A stretch of DNA of 64,000 nt. Source: Schmidtea polychroa. Taxonomy: Eukaryota. Within the stretch, counting starts at the first letter, position 1. The number at the start of each line of letters is the position of its first letter. Under the pieces are notes generated by a model that was not told the origin of the DNA, searched no databases, and saw only the letters and a list, made by a program, of their open reading frames with translations. The translations under genes and the position numbers were made by a program. Positions 50,903 through 64,000 of this stretch are shown here, one piece after another. The stretch spans positions 80,764,397 through 80,828,396 of the forward strand of contig CM097887.1 in NCBI GenBank assembly GCA_044892525.1. The letters run 5' to 3'.

Positions 50903-53900
50903 ATGTGTTGTAATTGCTGTTCAAAACTGTCGAAATGTATTTTATTGTTACTAAATTTAACTTTTACAGTACGATTTTTCATTCGGTTTACGTTTGAATG
51001 AGAATTAGTTATCAGGATTTGTCTTGATTATTTTGTCGTCTATTTACATGGCCAACGGTCAGATGGAGTATGGAATTGACCTAGTTGACGGTTTCAGCAA
51101 TAAGGCCACTCTGATTACGGTTTTTGTATTTGGAATCATAATTTCCTCCATATCAATTCTTGGATATTATGGTACTGTGAAAAATAGCAGATATTGGTTA
51201 CGAATTGTAAGATTAATTGACTTGGCATAAGAATATAATTTGTCTATTCAAATTAAGTATCTTTTGCTTATTTTATTCATGATGTTCATCGAACTCGGAG
51301 GAACTATATTTATTGTCACTAATCGAAAGTCGGTGAGTTGATTTTTTGATGAAAACTGATATTTATACTTGTTGGGTTAAGAATGAGAGATGTTTAATGA
51401 GAAAATAAGGCAAACAAGTTGACTGGAAATGACGTACACAATTTTATACGTTTCATTTCACTCATTAAAAAATCACAAACTTTATGTTATAGCAAACACA
51501 GACTTTATTTTAATTCACTAAGATTTTTATTATTTGGCAGAAAATATATGAAACTTCATGATTACAGTGCATAGTTAGTTTCCTAATGAAAAGCGGATCA
51601 GGGTAGGTAACAAGAGTGAAGTGTAGGTGTCCATTCAGCGTCTATTGATCCAATGTCATTAAAAATTCAACATTTAAAATTATCTAATTCATGCCACAAC
51701 AATGAGACTGCTTTCTAAATGATTTTTGGTAAGTTAATTTTAATTTTTAATAAATCAAATTCAACTAAAAAAACTTTATTTTTAAACACATCAAATCATC
51801 ACATTGAAAGCGCACAAAACTAAACCACACAATCAAAATCCAATTACACCTATTTCCAATGAATAAAAGTTTATCAACTAATTCCATAATATTGAAGTTT
51901 CTATAATTTAACGAAAAATCGATTAACTTTAGAATAGGAACACACAAACTTACCCGTCTCATTTACATTGACAATTTTGGTTTCAATACATGGTCCACTC
52001 AAACCTTCGTAAGAAAAAAAGAAATTACATTCCGCAGTAATATAAAGTAACTGAAGACAAAACATGTCTTTTATATTAGAGATTAGCCACAAATTAATTG
52101 TAGGATCCTACAAAATGAATACATAAGAGTTTTATTAATGAATTTACTACAAAATTGAATGGGCCGGGATACCATGTCATTCAAGACAATGTTTCATAAC
52201 TCCAAATAATTACATTGAAGACCTGACACTGTATTGCTCATTCCTCAATCCAATAGAAAGTGTATTCAGCAAAATCAGGCAGCATCAATAAAGCAATATC
52301 TAGAGCAAATGGATTCAGTTCCATGTTCTTTTCAATCAGATTCGACATTATCAAAGAGGCTATAGAAAATGAGCTCGATATAATAGATAATAATAAAATC
52401 ACACTATCAATATGGTGAGAACTTCAGAGATCCTAATAAGATAAACCTAAGTACACAATCGGAAAGCTTTAAGAACCTTTTAAAATGTCCGAGACATAAC
52501 TACTCTAATAACATCATTTTGATTATCCTAAGTATTATTAGAACCCTCGAAAGTTTTAAAGTATCATTATCCGTACTATGATTAAGATGATTATTGTTGT
52601 TATTTTCATTTCTATCACAAATATGATTATTACTTCATATTGTTATTATTAACATTAATATTATTATTAAGGAAATTCTTGTTATTATTACCTTCATTCT
52701 AATGACCATTAGTGTTACCGTTATTATGAGCATTTGTATCATACGATACATATGGTTAGTATGATTACCCTAAATTTTGCGACTATTATAATTTTTTATC
52801 TAAGAATCACCATCACTTTGAACACAACCATGTCATGTCAACCTTATATAAGACAATAGTTCGATTTACTTCCTATTAGTGGGTGGGAAGCCCTAAATAA
52901 TCGATACAATAAATCAGCAGAGAATCTTTGGTCATCATACTATTCGCATCTAGCGACCCATCAGAAATGCGCAGTGGATGTTCGATCAGCCATAATCATG
53001 CCTTTAAGTTTTGTTTGACTTTTCTATCGTTCACACCGTTACTAGTTTTATAATTATCATTATTGTTAATAACGCTATTCTCGACCTCATGATTATTATT
53101 AATTACTAATAATCTCATTAGTAATATAACTATACTTATCATTAATACTAGTACTAACATTAGTGTTAGAATATTTTTTCTCTATGGGTGGTGTAACTAA
53201 GGGATAATTTCGATTATAATATGGTTCATCGTCTGGGAAATTAATAAATGAAAGCATATTCTGGTTTAGTTTAAGCCTCAGTAACAGTTTAATAAACGTC
53301 GTAGTTGATTGTCTATTTCCCTCGCAGCTCCTCTTACTTACTTATTAGAACTCGGGTTCATCATCCTTTAGAATTGGCAAGTCTGAGTAAGAAATTTCTT
53401 ACGCCAAATTCAATAATAGCTATCATTACAATCATTGTTACTGCTAGTATTAGGTGACCAGACGTCTCGCTTTTGGCAGGACAGTCCCGATTTTTCACGA
53501 TTTATCCCGCGTCCCGAACGTTTTTCAAAAGTCCCGACTTTTAGAATTAAGTTAAATTTTATATTTATGAAAATCATTGTTTTTCATTCTAAGAATCCTA
53601 TAGACCAGTGCTTCTCAAACTTTCTGATGTGGCGTACCGGCAGATGTTTTTGGGAATGTGACTGTTTCACTTCTTGCTGATGACTTACATTCCATGTTAC
53701 ATCTTGCTGCTCCACACGTGTGGATCAGGTTGTCAGATGTGTGACATAGAGTAAAATATCAGTCAAATCTTTTAATAAAGTGCATACAATAACTGTTTCC
53801 AATTAAATTACTACCATGCTGTATTCTTATTAGATAAATAAACAAAAAATATCAGTCACATGACCCACCTGTTTCTCATGGCATGTAATTTTACATTTGT

Positions 53901-56900
53901 TTATTTTCCTTTGAAAATCTCTTCGCGTACCGGCAGACTATTGCTTGCGTACCGGTGCCGGTACGCGTACCACACTTTGAGTAGCACTGCTATAGACTAC
54001 TAAGACTTACATATTGCTTTTCTTACCCAGTTACATTGTATTTGTTTCTCAGATCATACACTTCGTGTTCGTACTGCGTGCTAGGAAGATAATTAAGCAA
54101 ATAAATATTACAAATCTGCTACTTACCATAGAAAATTAAGGTAAGTAATTTATTTATATATTTCATAAATACATAAATTTTCTTAAACTTAGCTTAAAAT
54201 ACTCGTACTCTTCAATTTTATATTGATAACAAAAAGTATATCACTGACCCTAATCTTAAAAGAAATTTTAGAAAGAAATATAAAAATAAAATTTTGCAAA
54301 TATTTTAAGTTATAGTAACTGCAAAGATTATTTGGAAGAGTGGGCGGTACAATATAACGATATTGATCATTTTCGTTGGGTTACATTAAAACCAGAACTT
54401 AATTGGAACGATGTGCAAAAATCATTTGATTATATTTCTTAAAATTTCCCAAATAGTAATATTTCCGAAAATGATCTTTTTAATGAAGTGTCTTTAGTAA
54501 AAAATATATTGATAAGGAAAAGCTTAAATATTGGGCATCAGAAAAAATCACAGTAGAAAACAAATGGTTAGAAATATTTCATCATTTGGTAGCAAAATAT
54601 GTTCCATACAATAATGTATTGAAAATTGTGGAATATGCACTCTTTACCTGGAACTAACGCTGCGACTGAACGCGCTTTCTCTACAGTAAATCAAGCGTGG
54701 ACATCAGAAAAATCAAAATTAAGTGTTGAAACTTTGAAAGCCATTTTAAGTGTCAAATATAATTTGACAAATTCTTGTGAAGATTTTTACAATATTTTGA
54801 AAAATGACAACAATCTATTGAAACAAATTCACTCAAATAAAAAATATGTCAAGGAATAAAATATTTTACAATTTTTTATATTTATAAATTGTACTTATGT
54901 TAAAAATCAAAAAAATATTACCATATTATTTTTATTCTATATGAAAATTTTTCAAAGTTGTCCCGCTTTGCCCATCTAAAAATCTGGTCACCTTATACTT
55001 GTAGCATGATTGGTATTATTAGCTAATGTCGTTACCCACAATTTCATTTAGGTTCGATTCTATAAGCAGGTTATTATTATTATCGTTATAATTAGGTCAT
55101 TATTGATTCTTGGTCATCATCAGTGAACCCGGATAATCCCTCCCGTAAGATGTTGACTTAGATATCTCTGTAGACTAAGTAATTTGCTATGGAACCTTTT
55201 TTTCTTCATCGAATCTAATCATGTTATTTTAATTCCATTCTTCTTTATTTGTAGAAATAATGAACAGTAAAGCCAATGCTCTAAAACAATGCTTTTCTTT
55301 TGCCGATAAGAATGCACAGAACGCTTTACTGCAAAAGTAAATCCGGTTTTTGAAAATAAACATTGATCGTCTGGAGAGAACTTGGTTCACTCCCCTCCAG
55401 ATGAAAGGGAGCCATCAAAAAATACGGATCTGGTATTTTCCCCCTATTGCAAAAACGGTATAATTCTTCCCCTATTTTTTAAAAAAATAATTAAAAATTT
55501 GAAAATAAATAAAAAAAATAGTATTAAAATAAAGAATACCTAAATAAACATTATCGAATTAAATTATTAAAGTCTCTGTTTCCAAGATTATCCTTCCATG
55601 TGCAATTATTTAAATACTGTTCCAGTGAATGCATGCTAAAACCCATCATTCTTCGTATTCTTCGTTTCAAGTTTATTCCACAATGAGTATTAAGTCCGTT
55701 AACAGGGTTTACAAATTTTATGCTGTGGTTTACTGTTTGATGTCCATATCCTTAGTTCGATAATTGATTTTGAGCCCGCCATTTATCACTCCAAATCATA
55801 GAAACAGAATGACAAAGACTTCTTATAATAGGACGCAATACACTTGAAGATTTGTTATCCACCAAACATACGTAATATTTTGCAGGTGTGGAAGATGTAT
55901 CGGCTACACCAAACACCCATTGCCGCTAAGTCTTATTGGATTCCCTGTAAAATATATGTGTATCTGCCAAATCAGTATGCACTTTTAAGATAGTGGTTTT
56001 TGAGACGTTGTAATCTCTTTCAGTAGGGAAAAGTGGTGTTTCGAATAACTATTTATAGCATACTATAAGCATTACTGCCAGGTCTGATTTACATAATTTT
56101 CAAAAAACGATCCTTTTCTTATGGACACATACTTGTTCTTATTATTACAACAAGATTTATAACACCTAAAAACTGTTCCATCCCGATGCCTTTTGTACTT
56201 CACGCTTTTTAGAATAGTCATACATTTTTCACAGAGTACGATTCTTCTTAAGATTCCTTTAAACGTGCAGTATTCAACTGCTGCTGGTGTGTCATTCAAT
56301 AGAGATAAAAGTTCATTAGAAAAATCGATCGGCATTTTTTGAAATTTATATTTAATTTAAAATTAAATAAATATGTTTAATGAGTAGTATTTTCCCCCTA
56401 CTACTCCAGATCTAAAAATACATCGCCTGGAGCACTATTGTGATAGTTTAATCACGGAAAACAGAGCCCAGCAAGCTCTGTATCAGGCCTATACCGCCCG
56501 CGAGCTCGAGACTCGTTGGTGACTTCTGTCCAAACCCAAGTCAAGCTCAACATGCCTCTCGTGAGGGTACAATTAATAGGATTGAGTGTGCCTACCCTAG
56601 TGCTGGCAGTTCACAAACCTAAGAGGCGAAATTTGTCCAAAGCAGAAAGAAACGCCCAAAAAGGGCCCCTGCTCTGCAACACTATCGATTCTTCAGATCT
56701 TACAGTAGAGCTGCCGGACGATGTCTATTTACTGCCATTAGGAGAAAATGTGTTTGAATTAGATACCCTACAGGCAGATAATGAACAGAATGGCTGGTAG
56801 AGTCTCTTCAATTTTAATCTCAACGCGATTTTTGATTATATTTGTAGTTCGAAATTTAATGTAGATGCTGTAATATAATAAAATTTTCGTTGTTATTGTT

Positions 56901-57835
56901 ATTCATCTTGACAATTTCCTTTTACTGCTGGAGAAAGTTAAATGAGTTGGAGCGGCTGGAGTGATTAATAGTACTTTGAACTTCAGGTTGAAATTTTCTA
57001 CCTTAAAGGAAAAGTAAATATTCAGGCGTAAGACCTTCTAACGGCAGTTTATTTACAGAGCCAATGACCCGCCTGTCGGTCTTCTTTTTTCCGTAACCTA
57101 AACGCCAATAAGATAGAAGACTACAATTAAAATCTCATAAAGTTTCATTTACAGGAACATTGGTTCCATAACTAAATTATGTCTCCCGCGTAATTAGGCA
57201 AATAAAATTGATTTATATTTATTTCCTAATCGCACTTATTTGTCAAAATAAAAATTTAAAATGTCTATTTTTACTGTGATTTATTTAATATAATTATGTT
57301 GTGACTGTCACATTAGGTAAAATACTTCGCCAACAAAGAATTTAGAAACCTTTTCATGATTTATTACGGAAACAGAACGATAATTACCACCGAAGTCGAC
57401 CACTTTCAACAAGTAATATTACAGTAAATTTTCACAACTGGGCCATGATTTTGTGTCTAGTTATTCCGTTGCTGTGGGTTAGATGGTAAAGATGACTGGA
57501 AAGTCTCGAATTGGTATAAGACATCGAATGATACGAATGCGACTGTGCCGCACTCATGCTGTGATCCTTTGTGGAGTTCCTGCTGGCTACCAAATAACGG
57601 AGAGCTGTTCTCCATTGGGTGCATTAGTGCTATACTAAGTTGGCTCAATAAACATTTCTATATAATAATTGGAATTGCTTCGGGAGTTATTGGATTGCAA
57701 GTAAATGTCTACAATAGAATTCCTAACCAATTACTTACATAGATTATTGTAATTATTTGCATCTCCTGCGTCTATTACCGCAAGACAAAGATGAAACAGC
57801 GAGATGAAGCATACTTTGAAATTATAGCTCAATAA
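50903..57835 (+). CDS. Duplicate tetraspanin gene; exons 50903-50968, 51009-51206, 51258-51332, 57317-57412, 57461-57700, 57743-57835
   Basis: Copy of 36235-43167. Confidence 0.88.
53450..54995 (+). mobile_element. Duplicate Blackjack-like hAT with nested MITE (53606-53989)
   Basis: Copy of 38782-40327. Confidence 0.85.
55426..56413 (-). mobile_element. Duplicate Merlin element
   Basis: Copy of 40758-41745. Confidence 0.87.
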
Positions 57836-57895
57836 TAAAATTTTATTTTCTCTTTGTTTATTGTTTGGCTTTTCATTAACTATTATTATTTATTA

Positions 57896-57938
<43 letters not shown>

Positions 57939-59949
57939 CATCATCATTTTTATTTTTAAAAACAATTAAATGTTATTTTTTGTTGCTAATAATATATTTA
58001 ATACAAATGAAAAATTTCTACAATTTCATGGAGTTTAGCTACTTCTATTTTCTAAAATGCTCTTTGATCTTCCCTTTTATTTCCTTTTTCTTACTTCTCA
58101 TTGGTCAAAAATAATAATAAACTTTCTCTGCTATTTCCATTTACACAAGGTAATTTTATAAAATGAGAATACACTGGTGACCGCGACTAGATCCCAATGA
58201 AGAGCCCTCGTCGAAATCATCCTACTGTTAATGAGCATGTCTCGTGAATTGGCCTTCGAGTGTACCTTTTCCGCCATTTCACGATACCTACTCCACTAAT
58301 TATTTGTATTAATAAATATAAAAATTTTGAACCTCCGATAAAAATTAAAAAGGTATTTATAAATCATATCTAATTATACTAAATACTATGAGCAAGAACA
58401 AATTGTTATTAGTAGAATGTTTAATTTTTAATACATGTGTGCAATAAATATACATAAAATAACATATTATCGTATAACAATCGACTCAATTACCTAATAG
58501 AATTTTCCGATTTACATGTCTGAAGTCTTGACAATTAAACAAATTCCAAGCAAATAATATAACTTTTCGAAAGATTAGGCAAATACCAAACGATTTTCCA
58601 AAGGTAAAAATGTGGTTCGGAAATTATAAGACTGGTTTCGACATTTTTTAAAGTAATTAATGTCCAAAACTGATTTCCAAGTTGTTTAGGTGATTAAAAT
58701 TTATAAAAGTAATTGAGAGTTGAAAGATTGGTTTACGAAAACAAAGATTATTTGAATACCTAAACAAAGAGTAGTTTATGGTTGATAAAACAGTGATTCA
58801 TTAAGAAAACGTTGGTAGAAAAAGTGGTAAAGTGTCCACTGAGACGGCCCTTTATATAGTTTCTCCTTGCATGCATTCGACCAATCAGGATCGATCATGT
58901 GTGTTTTAGACCGTGATTTATTTTTATTTTTTGATCTTAAATGCAATCATTTTGATTATATTGTTTTAATTTGCTATTTTTATATTAATTGCTTTCTTTA
59001 TTCCTGATTGATCGAATGATCGCCTTTACATACCATTCTTATCTTATGGATAAGGTAGTATTTTCTACTGTTGTGTCTTTTTTTGCTATTTATTCTTTGT
59101 TTTAATGCTTTGTATGATGTGTTTCATGTGCAAACTTCTTGCTTTTTCTTATTTTCTTATCGTTGTTTTACTTATTTTTACTTTTGTTGTTTTTTTATTT
59201 TTGTTTTATTCGGTGTTTCATAATAATTTTAATTATTCTTCGTGTGTTTTACGTGTTATGTGGGTCGTCTCAATTGACCATTTACTTAATTAATTAAAAC
59301 AAACAAAGAGAATTAGAAAGAAGATTTGATTCTTAGCCCAACAGTACGATGGAATACACCAATACCTCGCTTTACGTCGTTTCGTTTTGCGTTTTTTCGA
59401 AGTTGCGTTGTTTTGAGTTTGAGTCTTTAATTTTTTTTCGAAATTTTTTGAAATTTTCTTTTTTTTCTTAAAGATGGCACGACTTTTGTGCTAATTGCGC
59501 CATGCCATCAAAACTCGGGATTCCCTTTCTAACTGAAAATCAACGCAATTTTAATACACTTTTATTTTCACTTTGTTTTGCTAATTTTAGAGTTCAGTGT
59601 CAATTATATATGCATACATAATCTATTTGTTCCCAAGAGTCAGCGCAAGTATACAGAGGTCATCGCGTGACAATCACGTGCTCTTAAAAGTATGCTTTTG
59701 TGATTGGTTAAATTTATTTTAAAAAAATCGTTTGTTGATCTGATTCAGCCTATCTTTGATCTTTACATGGTTTGCTATAGAAAATCATAATTCAATTTGC
59801 GTCGTGTTTTTTTAGAATGTAACCACAACGCAAATTGAGGTATTGGTGTACTTATGAAACATGAAAAACTGATTTGATAAAACACAAAATGGTTACAAGT
59901 GGACAACTTACTGTTATAATCCGAGATGACAATCGATGCATTTATTGAA

Positions 59950-60480
59950 ACAAATCGAAGAGAATATTAGAGAAATAGAGAAAATGGCATCTTTAGTTTG
60001 CGTTATAAAGAATGATAAAGAAAAAAAATACAATTTTGCTTAGATTCTAGGACATGAAACAATGTAACATAAAGTCCAATATTTCGAATCCCCAGTACAA
60101 ATGAAATGATTAATATTCTTAATGGCTCAAAGTATTTTAATACTCTTGACTTAGGCAAAGCATGCTATCAAGTCGAATTGGAAGACAAATCGAAGAAAAA
60201 ACAAAAAAATAATTAGTTTTAATAGAATTCCATAGCTCCTGTTACTTTTCAGAAATTAATGAATAGAGTTTTATAGCCTTTGAATGGAACGGAAGCAGTC
60301 GCGTACTAAGATAATATCTTTACACCAAAAGATCATTTAAAAAGACTGAAAAATGTTTGAGAAAAGTTACAAGGATCTGTTTTAAAATTAAGTCCAAAAA
60401 ATGTTATTTTATGAAAAAAGAAATAAAATTTTAGGCCATATTATTAATGCAGATGGTATTAGAACTAATGATAGTAGTTT
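59950..60480 (+). pseudogene. Heavily decayed Gypsy reverse transcriptase fragment
   Basis: KYFNTLDL..ACYQV, APVTFQKLMNRVL, AY*DN, HLKRL, LKLSPK, LGHII..DGI; many stops and frameshifts. Confidence 0.8.
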
Positions 60481-60985
60481 AGATATGAAATTAGAATGTA
60501 GTAAAGGGGAGATGAATAATAACACAGACGCACAATTCTTGATGAACCAAAAAGGGAAAACTTAAAACCAAAATCTTGTCGTTGATGCTAGCGACAAGCC
60601 ATGAAAATTGTGATGAAAACCAAGATACTAACACTAAAATAAAATATCAAAAAAAGGCAAATTTTGTTGAAGCTAAGGAAAGCATCGTAAAAATAAAATA
60701 TTCAATGTGAATTCTAAGTAATAAAACAATTTATTTTATAGAATACACACGTATAATATTATATCTAGAAATTTTGATATTTATAATAAAATACAAATAA
60801 TTCGAGAACTAGTACAAAGTTATGAACTGTATCAAAAACGAAACCCATGACAATAAAAACTAAAGAGACTATTAAAAGTTTATATTTACTTGCATTGTTC
60901 TAAACCAAATTTGACGACTTCTGGTGGCAATAAAGATTATTATACATCAGAAACGGTTCATAATGGCAATTATGGATCAATTTAT

Positions 60986-61247
60986 NNNNNNNNNNNNNNN
61001 NNNNNNNNNNNNNNNNNNNNNNNNNNNNNNNNNNNNNNNNNNNNNNNNNNNNNNNNNNNNNNNNNNNNNNNNNNNNNNNNNNNNNNNNNNNNNNNNNNNN
61101 NNNNNNNNNNNNNNNNNNNNNNNNNNNNNNNNNNNNNNNNNNNNNNNNNNNNNNNNNNNNNNNNNNNNNNNNNNNNNNNNNNNNNNNNNNNNNNNNNNNN
61201 NNNNNNNNNNNNNNNNNNNNNNNNNNNNNNNNNNNNNNNNNNNNNNN
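60986..61247. other. Assembly gap (262 N)
   Basis: Direct reading. Confidence 1.
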
Positions 61248-61348
61248 TCAAAACAAGGATTGAAATTTATAAACAAAAATACGAAAATTTTCTAATTTGT
61301 GATTTGAAATAAATTATAGTATTGGCAATAATTTGAAACCTGATCAAA

Positions 61349-63040
61349 ATGGGAATCGACTGCGGCTCGTCTTTAGCAAAAATCTTTCTTTTTATATTCA
61401 ATGTTGTATTTTGGGTAAGCAATGGAATTTATGATTTAATTAATCACGACTGGTCTAATTGAATCAAGTTTTCAGGTCTGATCCTGATTACGATGTCGTC
61501 GTATCTTTTGCGGCAGAACTCGATGACATCTTTCGACCAAAATACTATCAACAAATACATTTTAATATTCATCCTTGTGCTAGGAATCATCATTTTTCTG
61601 ATTGCCTTTTGTGGATGTTGTGGCGCAGTGAAAGAAAGCCGGTTCCTTCTGAGAATCGTAAGGTAATACTTGCTAATGAGCATGGGTAATCACGAATACT
61701 TTCTAGTACGTCGTATCGTTGGTCATCATCATCCTTTCTGAATTAGCCATTGGAACGTTTCTCTTTATCAAATTGAATCCGGTAAGTTCAATTAAAAATG
61801 AAAACTTTTAGTTTTTAAGAAAGAATTCAAAAAAAATTATTTTTAGAGTATTTTCACATGTAACTTTCTTTCTCTTGTCCATGACAGAATAGATAAACGT
61901 TGTAGGCGCAAAGGTAAAAAATACAAAACCAAAATTTTTGTGCAAAATATAACTAACATTTAAATAATCTACAAATCAATATTTTCAGGAGGGAAAAGGT
62001 ATGGAAATAAATAGTTACAAACTAATTAATTAAATAAAGGGTTGTTGACAACATTGATCATTTCTTTTAGAAAGCAAAATCACCGAGTTTGACAGTTGCA
62101 GTTAGAGTTGCCACACCTCCTACAATTTGGATATTTGTCCTACGTACTACTGTAGTAGGTTATTGATTTGTCCTACTTTGAGCCTCTCAACATGTGGCAA
62201 CCCTAGTTGCAGTAGCCGTTTGTCATGTCACGACAGTAGAATATGAAAGTTAGTATATTTGTTCAGAGATTTGAGAAATTTTGCTCATTGAACTATAGTA
62301 ATTCATGTGAGACCCACACATAAAAGAAAATAAATTAGTAAAGAGCTTTAGTTATGGTAACCAACAGAAGGGGGCTTCATTGAATAAATAGATTTTGAAT
62401 TTTGAATAATGTTTGAGCATCATTCTTTACCCTTGGTGAACTTAGGTAACATTTTATCGATTGAAATTATATTATTAATATTTTCAGAATTTTTGTATTT
62501 GTTGTAGAAACATAAAATTTGTTATTAATTTGATTATCTTATTGAATAAGAACATTTATTTCAATGCGATTGCATCGGAAAAGGTTTCATAGATTAAATC
62601 CAAAAGAGGAAGAGATAGATGTGTTATGTTTTTTCAACATTTCGTTAGCTCCCTATGTAACATAATAAAAATGACGTCCTGAGAATTTGTGTCACATAGA
62701 GAAAGTATTTGTTTTAAAATCGATATGAAAATAAATAAAAATTTTTACTATTTTAATTAATTAATTAGGATATTTGTCACTCACTTACTTTGTCAGTGCC
62801 ACTTGTTTCCATCTTTTACAAAATGTAAAGTTATTTCGACTTTTTTTGGAAAACAAATTCTAAAGTAATTTTGTTTAAAATTTGATTCCAATCTAACTTT
62901 TAAATAACATGAAAAATAAGTTTTTTTGTTTTATTTTATGCTAGACTGCGAAGGCTTTAAAAGAAGAATTCAAAAAAATGGTGATGGCGGATTACGGAGT
63001 GAGCCCGGAGAAAACCGAAGTTGTCGACACAATTCAACAG
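61349..63040 (+). CDS. Second tetraspanin paralogue, partial; exons 61349-61414, 61469-61657, 61707-61781, 62945-63040 (rest not found in window)
   Basis: KIFLFIFNVVFW, FCGCCGAVKESRFLL, E..IG, VDTIQQ; same exon sizes and phases as the first gene. Confidence 0.88.
62103..62205. mobile_element. 103-bp hAT MITE in tetraspanin intron
   Basis: TIRs tagagttgccaca / tgtggcaacccta; perfect 8-bp TSD GTTGCAGT. Confidence 0.9.
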
Positions 63041-64000
63041 GTAAATTATTGGTTAAGTCGTTGTTATGGTTAAGTCGTGTCCTTTCTAAACTTTTGAGAT
63101 CAAGGCCTCTTTGATAAGAAGATTTTAATAAATTTCAATATTATATAAAATACAAGTTTTAGACTTTTAGACCCGCATTTCTCAATTAGTTTTCGAAATT
63201 AGATTCTTGATTTTTTGTGGCTCAATAATTAAATAGGTTTTCACTGAAATTTTAAGAAAAACTTTGTAGCATTAAGCCTACACTAATTTTAAGTGGGTAA
63301 ACATAATGTTTCTTATTTCCCTATAAATCATATTAAATTAATCAAATTCGCCAGATCTCACTGTCACATACTTACAACTGATCTACGTTTTAGTGTTCAC
63401 GTTTGGTTCTAACTCGGACTTTCTTCTTTTTTTCATCTTTTTAAATTAACTTTTTTCAACTTTTAACATGGTATTCGTTACCGAATCGCTACTGACCAAC
63501 TTTCTAAATTTCGTGACATCATTTATTTTATTTTTTATATTTTTTTTATTAATTCTAATTATTTTTTTTTAATTAAATATTTTAAATAAATTTATAATAA
63601 CTTAAACGCTAAAGGTGATTGTTTGCGCGAAAACAGTTTTTGTGTTTGGACTTTTCAGTCCGCAAAGGTGAATATCATTTTTCATACGCCATGTTTGGAA
63701 GTTTACAGATTTTCTGTGACCAAGCTTAAAAAGCAAGAGGCGTGATATTCAGTGATATTCAGTGTACCAGGAAAAGTATGAAAATTGAATCCGAATACTT
63801 ACCTGGAGCAAAAATAAATCTTCGTGTCTCCTACATAGTATTTATGAGAGTCAAAAGCTCGAAACTAGTCTACTATTGGGACTTGCACTGGGTATCACAA
63901 AGTTACGTTATAAACATTTTTGTAAGTCATCCGACAAAAATTTTTTATATACTAGTTTTATAAAATTATTATAAAATTATTATTTGATGTCATGATTAAT

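Larger units (their letters stand above)
30309..59644 (+). repeat. 14,668-bp tandem duplication (30309-44976 = 44977-59644)
   Basis: All ORFs recur at +14668; GCAAG at 30309, 44977 and 59645; spot checks, including microsatellite length, identical. Confidence 0.97.

Noticed and set aside
60890-61312. ORFs containing X runs
   Set aside because: Artefacts of the N gap.

Overview
AT-rich eukaryotic genomic DNA from an invertebrate; a planarian-like flatworm is plausible, but that is inference from the (AAT)n arrays, 40-54 nt introns and tetraspanin cluster. The window is mostly nested mobile elements. (1) 1-5821: 3' part of a Bel/Pao LTR retrotransposon whose Gag carries an in-frame N-terminal ubiquitin-like domain. 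(2) ~6.3-17.1 kb: a Maverick/Polinton-type endogenous DNA virus (pPolB, adenain protease, major and minor capsid, integrase). Five of its genes have host-sized GT-AG introns, and its right terminus (...ACTACT) is reiterated. (3) 17-22.6 kb: decayed hAT transposases and reverse-oriented LTR remnants. (4) 22655-35580: a full-length, young Ty3/Gypsy element (TGTTG...CAACA LTRs, ATGT TSD, PBS) with an unusual layout: gag, then one polyprotein of AT-hook region, internal signal peptide, chuvirus-like class III glycoprotein, PR, RT, RNase H, integrase and a second type-I membrane protein (FN3-like, Thr-rich stalk, TM), then a degenerate DEDDh exonuclease-like ORF and small ORFs. (5) A six-exon tetraspanin gene with DNA transposons in intron 3. 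(6) 30309-44976 is repeated in tandem as 44977-59644 (14,668 bp) with a GCAAG microhomology junction. (7) A decayed Gypsy RT, an N gap and the 5' exons of a second tetraspanin paralogue. All family assignments come from motif recognition by eye; no database search was run.
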